Origin: Octopus vulgaris | Taxonomy: Eukaryota | NCBI GenBank assembly: GCA_951406725.2 | Contig: OX597839.1 | Coordinates: 26,536,001 to 26,600,000 of the forward strand | DNA length: 64,000 bases | Direction: 5' to 3' | Part shown: positions 26,757-39,412 of the stretch, in pieces | How the letters are laid out: every line of letters begins with the position of its first letter | How positions within the stretch are numbered: position 1 is the stretch's first letter | Made by a program: the position numbers and the translations under genes | The notes under the pieces: model-generated | What the model was told of the DNA's origin: nothing | Seen by the model: only the letters and a program-made list of their open reading frames with translations | Database searches by the model: none

Positions 26757-28942
26757 CAAACAAAAAAAGACAACAAAGAAATACCACCATCTAAAATGAA
26801 ACTTTAGTGGAATGACCATACTTCTTGACTTAGGGCCTTCCTATTTACTGTTAGTTTTTTTTTTTTTCTTTTTATCTTTCTCAACCTACTGTCACTCTTA
26901 ACTTGATCTAACTGTTGTTTTCTGAATCAATAATACCCCCCCCCCCCACTCCACCCCACCTAATGGCCTCCTCTCCTGACAAGTGAGAACTGATCCGCTA
27001 GAGTTGCATATCAAATAAAACTTTGTATTGACAAGTGAAGAGTAGTGAAAAATAAACTGAAACATGTCTGGCTTCTGGTACAAATAGCGGAAAAAAAAAC
27101 CTTTAAAAAAATAAAAACAAAGGACAATCTTCATCTTCAAGCTTTTACAACTGAGATACATTTCACCCTGCCATACTAGGATCTTAGTCCCCTATTAGCT
27201 TCGATAGGTTCTCAATTTAACCCTTTAGCATTCAGATTTCTCTGCCAAATGTAACTTATTCACATTGTTTTGAATTAATTCTTTTTTACTCTTTTACTTG
27301 TTTCAGTCATTTGACTGTGGCCATGCTGGAGCACCACGTTTAGCCGAGCAAATCGACCCCAGGACTTATTCTTTGTAAGCCTAGTACTTATTCTATCGGT
27401 CTCTTTCGCCAAACCGCTAAGTTACGGGGATGTAAACACACCAGCATCGGTTGTCAAGCGATGTAGGTGGGGGGCAATCACAGACACACAAACACATACA
27501 CACACTTGCATATATATATATATATATATACATATATACGACGGGCTTCTTTCAGTTTCCGTCTACCAAATCCATTCACAAGGCTTTGGTCGGCCCAAGG
27601 CTATAAGTAGAAGACACTTGCCCAAGGTGCCATGCAGTGGGACTGAACCTGGAACCATGTGGTTGGTAAGCAAGCTACTTACCACACAGCTACTCCTGCA
27701 TTATCTTGTAATTTCAGGATTTCTATGATTGCTTTTTTTTTTTTCAGAATAACATTGTAGGGTATGTGTAAGAGGTTGGATGTAGCCAGTTTGAATGTAA
27801 AACAGGTAGAATATTAAAGCTGGGATGTGGCCAATTAAAATGCTAATGAGTTAGTGTATGTGCATCTGCAATCAATGTAGTTTTAGTGCTCTTAGCCTCA
27901 ATTCAAATGTAGAAGTCTTTAAAATATAACAACTGCATGATAGCAGTGACTGGCAAAGCCTACCTTATGTAGGGTAATATCAATAGAGATGGGTGGAATA
28001 TGTTTACGAATCTTCGCTTTGGTCTTGTTACATTCTGTCACCCTCATGACAGTACATACCATCAAAATGATATAGAAGCTCCTTCTTTATAGTTCAGGGT
28101 ATGGCTCCGTACAGAAGAATTCTACAGTAGAAGACAGTGTAGAATTGTCCCAAAAGTGCCATGCTTTGAATCCAAACCAGGTACGGTGTGGTTGGCAAGC
28201 CAGCTTCCTACTACACAGCCACACATACAGGAGAGATCTCTGGGAGACGAAATATATTAGAAGGGCCATCGAAAGGTAAAATGGCTGGGACCTACTGCTC
28301 TGGACCAAAATCAAAAGATATTTGTCAAAATTTATTGTATTTGGAAATTAATGGTCTGTGTAAGGAGCATTCTTCTATATAGAACCAAAACCCGAGGTGT
28401 GTGCTGTAAAGTGGTTGGTGTAAGGAAGGGCATTCAAATGTAGAAAACATGCAGTCCTTGGACCCATCAGATCTTGCCAAACTGTCCATCCCACACTGTA
28501 TGTATGTTCTATGTTCCATGCTGACATGGGTTGGACAGTTTGGAAAGATCTGATGGGTCGAGGCATGTTTTCTACATTTGAATGACCTTGATATTAAATC
28601 ATGATGATGATGATGATGGTACAAGGCCATAAAATGTTGGAGAAATAGACAGGGAGAAATGTAGCAGACTTAATTCAACCACAGTACTTGACTATTTTTT
28701 ATTTTCTAAATTCAGGAAGGAATAAACACATCTGATCTCAATGGAGTTCAAACTCAGAAACTAAAGAGACGGAGTTAAATACTAAAGTAAAGTTACCTTC
28801 TTGGGTCATGCTGACTTATAAGAGCCAATTTCCTGGTCTCCATGGCATATAAATCCTCCTCCTGGACAGGACGCTGGTCCATCACAGGATTATACTCATT
28901 TCTGCCAGTACAGTGAAATGAAGTGTTTTGCTCAAGACAAAG

Positions 28943-29255
28943 CGTTGCTAGGTTTAGGAATTGATACCACAATCTTACGATCATGAGCCCAACACGTTGC
29001 TCAGCCCAGGAATTGAAACCACAATCTTACGATCATCAGTCCAACACGTTGCTCAGCCCAGGAATTGAAACCACAATCTTACGAGCATGAGTCCAACACG
29101 TTGCTCAGCCCAGGAATTGAAACCACAATCTTACGAGCATGAGTCCAACACATTGCCCACTTCAGGAATCAAAACCACAATCTTATGATTAGGAATTCAA
29201 CGTGACGCCTGGTCCTGGAATTGAAACCACAATTCTTAAGATCACGAGTCCAACA
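28943..29255. repeat. 52-bp tandem array (~6 copies) derived from a SINE tRNA head
   Basis: Unit CGTTGCTCAGCCCAGGAATTGAAACCACAATCTTACGATCATGAGTCCAACA; units start at 28995, 29047 and so on. Confidence 0.85.
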
Positions 29256-31429
29256 CCCTAACCACTAGGCTACGAACCTCCACAGGAGGTCTTTTAATAT
29301 ACTGTTGTTGCTCTACCATTTTCATTCCTGCCTAGTTTTTAATTTAACTAGTTTTAATTTAAAGAACAAAATTTCTAGTCTACAATTTAACAGCCACCAC
29401 CTTTTTTTTTTTTTTCTTTCAATTTCAGCTAATTTTTGATGCATTAATTAATATCACTAATTACTAATCAGAGAACATTTTCATGATCAAAAGCTGACAA
29501 TTATACTATCTGCAATATACAAAGAAGCACACACACACACACACACACTTTCTGTTCCCCACCACCACCACCACCACCACCACCATCAATACACTATGGT
29601 TACTTTACAAAGATGAGAGACACGAGAGGATTAAATAAATAAATAATGCATGCTAGATTAATTGGGTTACTATGGTAACAGATAGAGTTAACAAGAATTT
29701 CAGGTTTCCTACCAACTGTAGCTAAGTCTTAAAGCCTATTGTAGGATCCTTAATATCCTTCCTTCCTAAATTCATCCGCAGAATTTTCCAAGAAAAATTA
29801 GATAAAGGACAGATTTAAATGATATTCGAAATAGTGTTCTCCGCATTATCACAAGCCATACATGCCCACCCCCTGCCATCATCATAGGCTATACACATTT
29901 ACACACGTACACAGAGGGTATACACAGCTATATATACACATACGCACACAATCAGCACTACCACAGGTCATACACACACAAGAGGGTATACTCAACTAGA
30001 CACACACGCATACAAGTGTACACAGGGTAAACACAGCTACACACATACACACACACAGACATAGTGGGTATACACAGCTACACACACACACACATACACA
30101 AAGCATACCCAGCTGCGTACACATACACTCTGCACCACCACAGGTTACACACATACACAAATACAGTTATACACATCTACACAAACATGCACATATACAC
30201 ACTGCACCATCACTGGCTATATAACATACACACATGCACACACAACCTCCACACTGTCACAGAATATGCACACACATACCCTCTACACCCTCGTAGTCTA
30301 TACATACACATAAGCTCTGTACTGTCGCCGGCTCATAGTATCACAGGCCACATCATCATCATCATTTAGCGTCCGTTTTCCGTGCTAGCATGGGTTGGAC
30401 GGTTCAACTGGGGACTGCGAAGCCGGAAGGCTGCACCAGGCTCCAGTCTGATCTGGCAGTGTTTCTACAGCTGGATGCTCTTCCTAACGCCAACCACTCC
30501 GTGAGTGCTTTTTACGTGCCACCCGCACAGGAGCCAGACGGAGCTGGCAAACGGCCATGAACGGATGGTGCTTTTACGTGCCACCGGCACACATACACAC
30601 AAAAACACACATGTGGCCCCGAACACAGCAAAACAAAATTATTAGAATTAATGTTTTTGGCTAATCCGCCTGAAACCATCCTGATTCTAACATACAAGCT
30701 TCCTGTTTTGAAGCAATTTAAATTGAAAACTTTAAAAATTTTATATAAATTTATGTTCCAAAACATCAGCTTAATAATGACAAAGTTATTTTATTAAATT
30801 CTTAATTATTTTTTTAAATAATTGGAACAAAAGCAGTGCAGTACATTTCAACAGAAATCATAATTATCATCCTCATCATCGTTTAACGTCTGCTTTCCAT
30901 GCTGTCATGGGTTGGACGGTTTGACTGAAGGCTGGCAAGCCAGAAGGCTGCACCAGGCTCCCAATCCGATCTGGCAAACTTTCTACAGCTGGATGCCCTT
31001 CCTAACGCCAACCACTCTGTAGTGGGTGCTTTTTACATGGTTCTGCAATGATTTGGACTTGGAAAGAGCACACAGTTCACACAGGCAGCTGTCTGCTTCA
31101 ATCCATGTCTTCTTTAACTAAGCACTTACAAACACGAAATGAGACTACTTGGCACAGCTGTTTAGACACTAGCAGTATGGCATGGCTGACTTGCCAGCCT
31201 GTTTTAGTGACTAAATTTTTGGCATTAACAGCAAACCTAACAGGCACACACAGAAATATGGATAGAGACATTAGGACGTCTAATGTTTCAAACTCTGTTC
31301 ATTTTGTGTTTCTTATATTAAAAATGGAATTATATCCAGATGATCAGATTTAACCCTTTAGCATTCAGATTACTCTGATTACTTATTTATTCACATTGTT
31401 TTGAACTCAGCATGTATTATCTCTTAAGG

Positions 31430-31594
31430 CAGTGGTCCCAACTTTTTCACTATAAAGGACCTCACTTTAATTTAAATGAGTTTTCCCCCATGGGCCCCAG
31501 GATATGGAAAAGCCTGCCAGCTTAACATGCTGACGAACCCCCAGTACCACCTTTGCAGACCACGAGTCCATGGACCACAGGTTGGGAACTGTTG
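31430..31594. mobile_element. hAT-type MITE
   Basis: CAGTGGTCCCAAC...GTTGGGAACTGTTG; TSD tcttaagg/tcttaagc. Confidence 0.7.
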
Positions 31595-32167
31595 TCTTAA
31601 GCCATGTGGCCTAGTGATTAGCGTGTTGCACTCACGATCGCCAAATTGTGGGTTCAATTCCTGGACCGGGCAGTGTGTTGTGTTCTTGAGCTTAAACACT
31701 TCATTTGATGTTGCTCTAGGGTTAGGGTCAGGGTGGAGACCGGCATGCCAAAGAACAGAGCTAACGTTTCCTCTCTATGCCATAAAAGGCAACTAAAAGA
31801 GGCTGAAATAGGATTTGCACCCTTACCTCATAAAGCCCTCGCCAACAATGACTACCCAAACAGACCCATGGGTTGAAGATTTGTTGCCTGAGTGGAACAA
31901 AGGTGTCATCTACTAGGATCATGGAATCACCAATAAATGGTGGGTGCAGCAATGCACTATTACAGCAGATGCACCCCCCCACTGCTATTACTACTGTCCC
32001 TTAGCTTCAAGATTTCAATATCATCATTATCATGACAGTGTATTTTTAGAATTACATCATAGGGTAAGTGTGAGGGCACAGATCTTGTTAGTTTGAACAT
32101 AAAACAAATAGAATATTTGGGTAAAAACCCGAACCATTTCAAAAACAGCCAATAGCAAAATACGTAC

Positions 32168-32330
32168 CGGATAGGGTTCTCGGTAAATGGTATATCCCGT
32201 TGATGGAGGAATTCCATACCTAGCGTTAGGTTCTTGAGGATAAGGGTAAGAAGACCGAGGCATAGAAGGACTAGCTGTCCGAGAACGTTTATAAGAACCT
32301 CCAGCAGTATGTGGTGAGCCAGCAGGGCCC
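32168..32330 (-). CDS. Internal coding exon (163 nt, phase 2 in / phase 0 out), GPAGSPHTAGGSYKRSRTASPSMPRSSYPYPQEPNARYGIPPSTGYTIYREPYP; product not identified
   Basis: Pyrimidine tract and acceptor ttttattatttccag|G, donor CCG|gtacgt. Open frame across the exon; unique sequence, GC-richer than its flanks. Confidence 0.85.
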
Positions 32331-32759
32331 CTGGAAATAATAAAAGGAAAATTATTTTTAATAATGAAGCTTATCAGATAAAAGCACACGTATCAGCAAT
32401 TTATTTGCATATTTTTTGAAAAAAAAATCATAAAATGAGATTAACAAAATCTAATCAACTGTAAGACCACATGGAAAAGACTTATCGCTTATTAAGCCTT
32501 GGTACAAATCAATAATTGGAAAAAAGAAAATAATAATAATAATCGAAATTTATGCAGATATAGACATGCATGCACATACATGTTAGTCATAAGGGCAATA
32601 AATTCATCAGGAAAATTTTTGCCTGATATATTAATTCCCAAGATAGTTACTGACGAGTAAATTTTAATAGCAAAAGCTCATAGATAGGATATTTTTTCTA
32701 TTTTTTTTTTCCCACAGGTTCTCGGCAATTTGATTTCAGTCTCTACATATTGTATACAC

Positions 32760-33322
32760 ACAATCAACACTATTTCGGAACAAATAAAAACGAAGCTACA
32801 CGAAGAAGATAGCCTCTGTGCAGCATATAAGCTACTGGGAAAGACTCAAGAGATTAAGACTCTATTCCTTAGAGCGAAGGCGAGAAAGATATGTCATAAT
32901 ATACATCTGGAAGATCCTAGAAGGACTTGTCCCAAACTTTGGCATCGAGAGTTACACAAATACTAGAACTGGGCGCCACTGCATAGTGCCAAGAACTCCA
33001 AATTTGCCATCAAGATGTAGGACAAGATACTGTGATAGCCTGGGCTTCAGAGGCCCACAGCTCTTCAATATCCTCCATGGGGTGGATGCAGATGTCTTTA
33101 AAATAAAACTGGATCTCTTCCTGTCAGGTGTCCCAGATGAACCAACTTCACGGCAGGAGGTGCAGATGAGGGCAGCTGCATCGAACTCTCTCATGCACCA
33201 AATGGCAATTGCTAAAAAGCATTCGTGAAGTAAAATCATGTAGCAACACCAAATGGCGGTGCCCCAGCATGGTCACAGCTCATGAGCTGAAACTAGATAA
33301 AATAAAAATAAAATAAATAATA
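32760..33322 (+). mobile_element. CR1/Jockey-group LINE 3' end with 3'UTR and A-rich tail
   Basis: SYWERLKRLRLYSLERRRERYVIIYIWKILEGLVPN...GPQLFNIL...FKIKLDLFL; stop at 33228; (AAAAT)n tail. Confidence 0.85.
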
Positions 33323-33896
33323 CACTGAATAAAAAAATTTTTAAATCTGAGTTCTATAGTATAGTCTGCCCTGGTTTTCAAGATGAATATATAAAAGGAA
33401 AATAGCATATATTCTTTCATTTTTTCACTTGTTTCAGTTACAGCCATGCTGGAGCACTGCTTTAAAGGGTTTCAGTTGAACAAATCAACCCCAGGACTTT
33501 TTTCTTTAAAACCCAAGAGTTATTCTATCAGTCTTTTTCCCGAATCGTTGAGTTACAGGGACCAACAACAGCTGTCAAGGAGTGAAGAGGGGTATAAACA
33601 CAGACACAAAGACACACACACACAGATGGGCTTCTTACAGATTTTGTCTACCAAATCCACTCACATGGCTTTGGTTGGCCCGAGGCTATAGTAGAAGATA
33701 CTTGCCCATGGTGCCACGCAGTGGGACTAAACCTGGAACCATGTGGTTTGTAAGCAAGCTACTTACCACTATTGTTTACATTTTGAACCATTTACATATA
33801 CTTGAGAGCACCAAAACCTTTCAAGTACTTGGGGCCTCTATGGGTCTTAAATTGGTGCCAATCTTTAAAACTGAGTGCACCACTGAAGCTCATTAA

Positions 33897-34117
33897 CCCT
33901 TTCGTTACCAACCCGGCTGAAACCGGCTCTGGCTCTTTAGTATAAATGTCTTGTTTTCATAAGTTTTGAATTAAAATCTTCCTCCAAATCTTAGTCGCAA
34001 TTTATGTTCCTAACACTAGCTCAATGATAACGAAGTTATTTTACTAAATTCTTTGTTATATTTAAAATAATTGAAAGAAACACAGAGTATCTCAAAATAA
34101 ATACAGTAACAAAAGGG
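33897..34117. mobile_element. piggyBac-like MITE, family B
   Basis: TTAA|CCCTTTCGTTAC...GTAACAAAAGGG|TTAA. Confidence 0.8.
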
Positions 34118-34121
34118 TTAA

Positions 34122-34338
34122 CCCTTCAGCATTTAGATTGTTCTGTCAAATCTAATACTTATTTCTTAATATTGTTTTGAATTCATCAGGGATTTGTCTT
34201 GTGGCTTCAAGATTTCGATGATGTGATTATTTTTATTACGACATTGTAGGGTGAGTATGAGATGCTAGATCTGGCCGGTTTGAACGTAAAAGCAGCAACA
34301 CATTTCGGCTGGATACGGCTAGTTTAAATGCTAACGGC
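34122..34338. mobile_element. piggyBac-like MITE, family A
   Basis: TTAA|CCCTTCAGCATTTA...TAAATGCTAACGGC|TTAA; shares its TTAA with the neighbouring family B copy. Confidence 0.7.
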
Positions 34339-35937
34339 TTAAACATTTGCCAGTCTTTTAGCCAAGCCAACCAATCCCAATCATATCCTCCTCAGATACA
34401 ACATAGCAGCTGTAGATAAAGTTACAATAGTTTGAATTCCTGACTGAAGGTTATGTTAAATCAGAATGAATACTAAAATTGTTGAAAAGTTTAACTAGAA
34501 AGCGTTAACCATTTTAAGATATCACAAGTCCTGTTATAATATCTTTAGTACATCCACCCACTTTATATGCGTCAAACATCACCTCCCCACCTACAACAAT
34601 AACTGTGCCAATCCCCAAAACTCAACATCCTTAAATTCTTAAGATTTATCTCAGCATAACAACAGCACTTCACTTACACATCCTGCTATGATAGTGTTAA
34701 CTGTCCTAACTCATACCCTAATTTGAGGTTATCAGCAACACTGAAGGGTGGTCACTCTCTAAACATTATAATCTAGAATTTACAGTTGCCTAGATCCTTA
34801 AACATCGGTGTCTAGGGTGGGTGCTTGGCTAGATCTCTAAAATGTTTAGACATATATGTACATACATGCACACAAAAACTTAACTAAATCTTGATTTTAT
34901 ATATATATAAGGAGTGGCTGTGTGGTAAGTAGCTTGCTTACCATCCACATGGTTCCGGGTTCATTCCCACTGCGTGGCACCTTGGGCAAGTGTCTTCTAC
35001 TATAGCCTCGGGCTGACCAAAGCCTTGTGAGTGGATTTGGTAGACGGAAACTGGAAGAAACCCGTCGTATATATGTATATATATGTGTGTGTGCGTGTAT
35101 GTTTGTGTGTCTGTGTTTGTCCCCCCACCATTACTTGACAACCGACGGTGGTGTGTTTACGTCCCCATAACTTAGCGGTTCAGCAAAACAGACTGATAGA
35201 ATAAGTACTAGGCTTACAAAGAATAAGTCCTTGGTGCCGATTTACTCGACTAAAAGGCAGTGCTCCAGCATGGCCGCAGTCAAATGACTGAAACAAGTAA
35301 AAGAGAGAAAGAGAGATATACACACAGACACACACACATACATGGAGGTGGATGGCTTAGTAGTTAGGATGTTGAACTCATGATCATGACATTGTGGTTT
35401 CAATTCCTTGTGTTCATGTGCAAAACACTTCATCTCATGTTTCCACAGTCCACTCAGCTGGCCAAAATGAGTAATCCTGCAATGGGCCAGCAACCAGTCC
35501 AAGAGGGAAATATATATACGTCATGGGAGCCAGGAAACTGACTCTACAAGTCTATATGACTCAGAAAGGATCTTTATTCTTTATGTAAAGTATATACATA
35601 CATACACAAAACATGTGCACATGGTTATAACCATGAACCTTTATTACATATATATATGAATGCGTGTGTATACACACACACATATATATACATGCACATA
35701 CATATAAAAGCAGCCTTCAAAGCCATTTGGGAGATCATGAGTCACTGAAAAGGTTGCAAACGGCAATGAAAGAACTTTGACAAACAAATAAACTGAATGA
35801 CTGTTTAACCAACATGTTATACAAATAATTGATTCATTAGTTGAATGGACGCTTAACCAATTGACTAATAATAAAGAAGTGGAATTGAACGGGTGTCATA
35901 TTATTGGTGTAATGGCTCTCCCAAGACACAATATATA

Positions 35938-35977
<40 letters not shown>

Positions 35978-36084
35978 ATATATATATATTGAGAGAGAGA
36001 GAGATATTATATTTTTTGAAATTTGATTTAGTATTTCTAAATTGAATTTTCCCCTGTAGGTTTGGAATAATATTCCCTCATATT

Positions 36085-36116
<32 letters not shown>

Positions 36117-36246
36117 TATATATATTAATATATTAATTAATCAATATAAGGGTAGCTCAGAATTACTACTATTTTGCAGTTTGAGTTTAGCTGCTCTTTT
36201 CAAGTGAGTTGAACGGCCTGTCAGGGTCATTCCTTAATACTATTGT

Positions 36247-36287
<41 letters not shown>

Positions 36288-36471
36288 TTTTATTTGTTTC
36301 AGTCATTTGACTGCAGCCATGCTGGAGTATTGCTTTTAGTTGAACAGATCGCCCCCAGGACTTATTCTTTGTAAACCTAGTACTTATTCCATCGGTCTCT
36401 TTTGATGAACCACTAAGTTATGGGGACATAAACACACCAACACCAGTTGTCAAGGGATGGTGGGTGGACAA

Positions 36472-36504
<33 letters not shown>

Positions 36505-36544
36505 CATACACACACACACACACAAATATACATATATATATACA

Positions 36545-36870
36545 AGCGAAGGGGGTTAAATGACGCACAAATGAAAGGGTTAAATAACGTACAAACGAAA
36601 GGGGTTAAATGATGCACAATCGAAAGGGGTTAAATGACGCACAAACGAAAGGGGTTAAATAACACACAAAGGGGGGGGGGGTAATGACGCACAAACGAGG
36701 GGGGGGTTAAATGACGCACAAACGAAAGGGGTTAAATGACACACAAGGGGGGGGGGTAATGACGCACAAACGAAAGGGGTTAAATGACACACAAATGAAA
36801 GGAGTTAAATGATGCACAAACGAAAGGGGTTAAATACACACAAACGAAAGGGGTTAAATGACGCGCAAAC
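36545..36870. repeat. Minisatellite, ~23-bp unit AAACGAAAGGGGTTAAATGACGCAC
   Basis: About 14 imperfect tandem copies. Confidence 0.9.
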
Positions 36871-37190
36871 AGTAAAATTACCTGCAAAACTAAAAATGAA
36901 GAGTTACGGCTAAATAGCTGTATACAATGCAAAAAGTTGGAAAACCCTGTTGCTGACCTACAGTTGACCTCCTTAATGATATTAAATCCTCTTCATAATT
37001 AATATCTTTTAACGAATGGCTCATTTAACAGCAGAATGTCAAAAAGTTTGCTAATCAAGAGGATATTCTAAAAATACACCCAGAATATTGTAATATTGTA
37101 TCAGTGTGAAAGGTTTTAAAATAAATCTTGCATAAATACAGGCTGCCAGCCTTTGCTAATTTGAGAAGTAATGAAATTATTATTCTTTAC

Positions 37191-37287
37191 CTGATAACCA
37201 TGCTCATTACACCAAATAACCTCTCTGTTTACAGCTTGTCGGTTATACTTCAACTATGCATATTGTACACCCTGTCTACATAGCAAC
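37191..37287 (-). CDS. Candidate start-codon exon (MSMVI + phase-2 AG)
   Basis: Acceptor ttttgtttatcag|, donor CAG|gtaaag. ATG at 37207 has an upstream in-frame TAA. AG plus the first G of the 32330 exon gives Arg in frame. Confidence 0.55.
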
Positions 37288-37390
37288 CTGATAAACAAAA
37301 CCCAAAGTTGTCGTACTCCCCTCTACCCTACTTCTAGGTCACACCCTGCAACAGTAATCAAAAACGAACAAGATTTATTTGGTTACTTAC

Positions 37391-37525
37391 AAAAATTTCA
37401 AGTCAATGACCTCTAAACCAGTCAAGAAGACTAGAGTCTACTATTATAACAGCAGCTAATAGAACGGTAGGAGTGGGAGCTAATGTAGTCAACAGAGTAA
37501 ACCAAAAACGAAATTACAATTACAC
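37391..37525 (-). other. Candidate 5'UTR exon (135 nt)
   Basis: Acceptor ttttccacctcttcacaacag|, donor |gtaagt; would leave a 103-nt intron before the 37287 exon. Confidence 0.3.
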
Positions 37526-38861
37526 CTGTTGTGAAGAGGTGGAAAACATTATTAGCATAAATAATTCTGACCAAATAAGCAAAGGGACACAACTCCAAAA
37601 CCCCCCAAATTATTAAAATTAGATTGTATCTGCATTAGATAACCAATCTTTGATGAATGACTTAAGTTTATAATATGGGTAATCTATATGTTTATAGTTC
37701 TAATATTTTTTGTAAAAATTTAGCAAAATAAACAATCTAAACACATTTTTGGGATTACAAGCTTAATTTTCATATCTGTGAGGACTCTTAAATAACCAAG
37801 TAAAGAAAATAAACAAACAAAATGCCCCCAATATCTGAGAAAATAATTGTTTTAACCTATAGATCCAAAACAACCATTTTTATATAAAAAGGTTCCTTCA
37901 TACAAATAGTTTTGTTAACCAAACAGTGAAACATTCTTCCATCACTGTTTCATATGCTTTATTGTAAGGGAAACAGTTGAAGAGGTTTGCTCTTTCTTCT
38001 TTGCACAGAATGTTATTTACCTAAATGGAATCCAGCGATTGGTTAAAATTGCCGAAATGCTCGAAATTAAAGACGAAATATGTTACAACATTTAGAATTT
38101 TCTCAATAAAGCCAAGAGAAAATGATGTTTTATAAACACATTCTACCAGTATACGAAGTTTAAAAGTGTTTAGTTAACTAGAAATTGTGTTGAAAAGTGC
38201 CGTTCAAAAGGAAAAGATTCCAGAAGCTCATTGTGTGTATATACACACACACACACATATATTTCGTATGACTGTGTTTGTCCACCACCCTCCATGCTTG
38301 ACAACCGATGTTAGTGTGTTTATGTCCTCGTAACTCAGTGTTTCGGCAAAGGATACTAATAGAATACTAGGCCCACAAAGAATAAGTCCTGGGATTGATT
38401 TATTTGACCAAAAGCAGTGTTCCAGCATGGCCACAGTCTAATGACTGAAACAACAGTGAAACAAATTGAACAGCTGCTTGTTACAGTGGGTCTTGTCTAA
38501 AAAACAACAACCACTCCTTCTGAGAGGAAAATAAACAACCCAACCTGGGATGTATAATAATGTTGCAATACTGAGCAGAATACTTTTAGTCTCAGCTTGG
38601 CAGTGTTTCGAATGTCTTGAGATTTTCTTTACAAAAGAAACACACTAATCTATCATGTATGATCCCTTTGCCATCCATATACTTGGAATTTTTATTTTAT
38701 ATATATATAAACACCAATGTTATAAACAAACAACAACAATGAAATAACAGACACTGGTTTATTAATCATTGTAAAAAGGGACAAAAAATTGCAAACTGAT
38801 CAGCATCACATTTATATAGAAGCCTGAATTCAAAAACAAATTAAGGATAGATAGGGAGGAA

Positions 38862-39068
38862 GAGATTGATAGCTAGGTTGATAGAGAGGGGGGTAGGGGT
38901 GGATGGATATCTAGAGAGATGGATGGATGAATAGATAGATAGATAGGTAGATAGATAGATAGAGAGATGGATATAAAGGGTAGATAAATAGATAGACAGA
39001 TAGATAGTGATGGATGGATAGAGTTGGAAAGAGATAGGTATAAAAGGTTGATAGAGATGGATGGATAG

Positions 39069-39100
<32 letters not shown>

Positions 39101-39412
39101 GGATGGATGGAGAGATAGATATAAAGGGTAGATAAATAGATAGATAGCTAGGGATGGATGGATATAGAGTTGGAAAAAGAGAGATAGGTACAAAGGGTTG
39201 ATAGAGATAGATGGATAGAGATAGATAGATAGATAGATATATACATACATAGAGAGATAGATATAAATGGTAGATAAATAGAAAGACAGATAGAGAGGGA
39301 TGGATGGATAGATAGAGATGGAAATAGAGAGAGGTATAAAGGGTAGATAGATAGAGATGGATGGATAGAGGAACATAAAGATGGATAGATGAATGGATAG
39401 ATAAATGCATAG
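38862..39412. repeat. Compound (GATA)n/(GGAT)n satellite with higher-order units
   Basis: Blocks ATAAAGGGTAGATAAATAGA and GAGTTGGAAA recur within the tetranucleotide repeats. Confidence 0.9.

Noticed and set aside
28943-29255. CRISPR-like regular array
   Set aside because: No unique spacers; eukaryotic SINE-derived tandem repeat; no cas genes.
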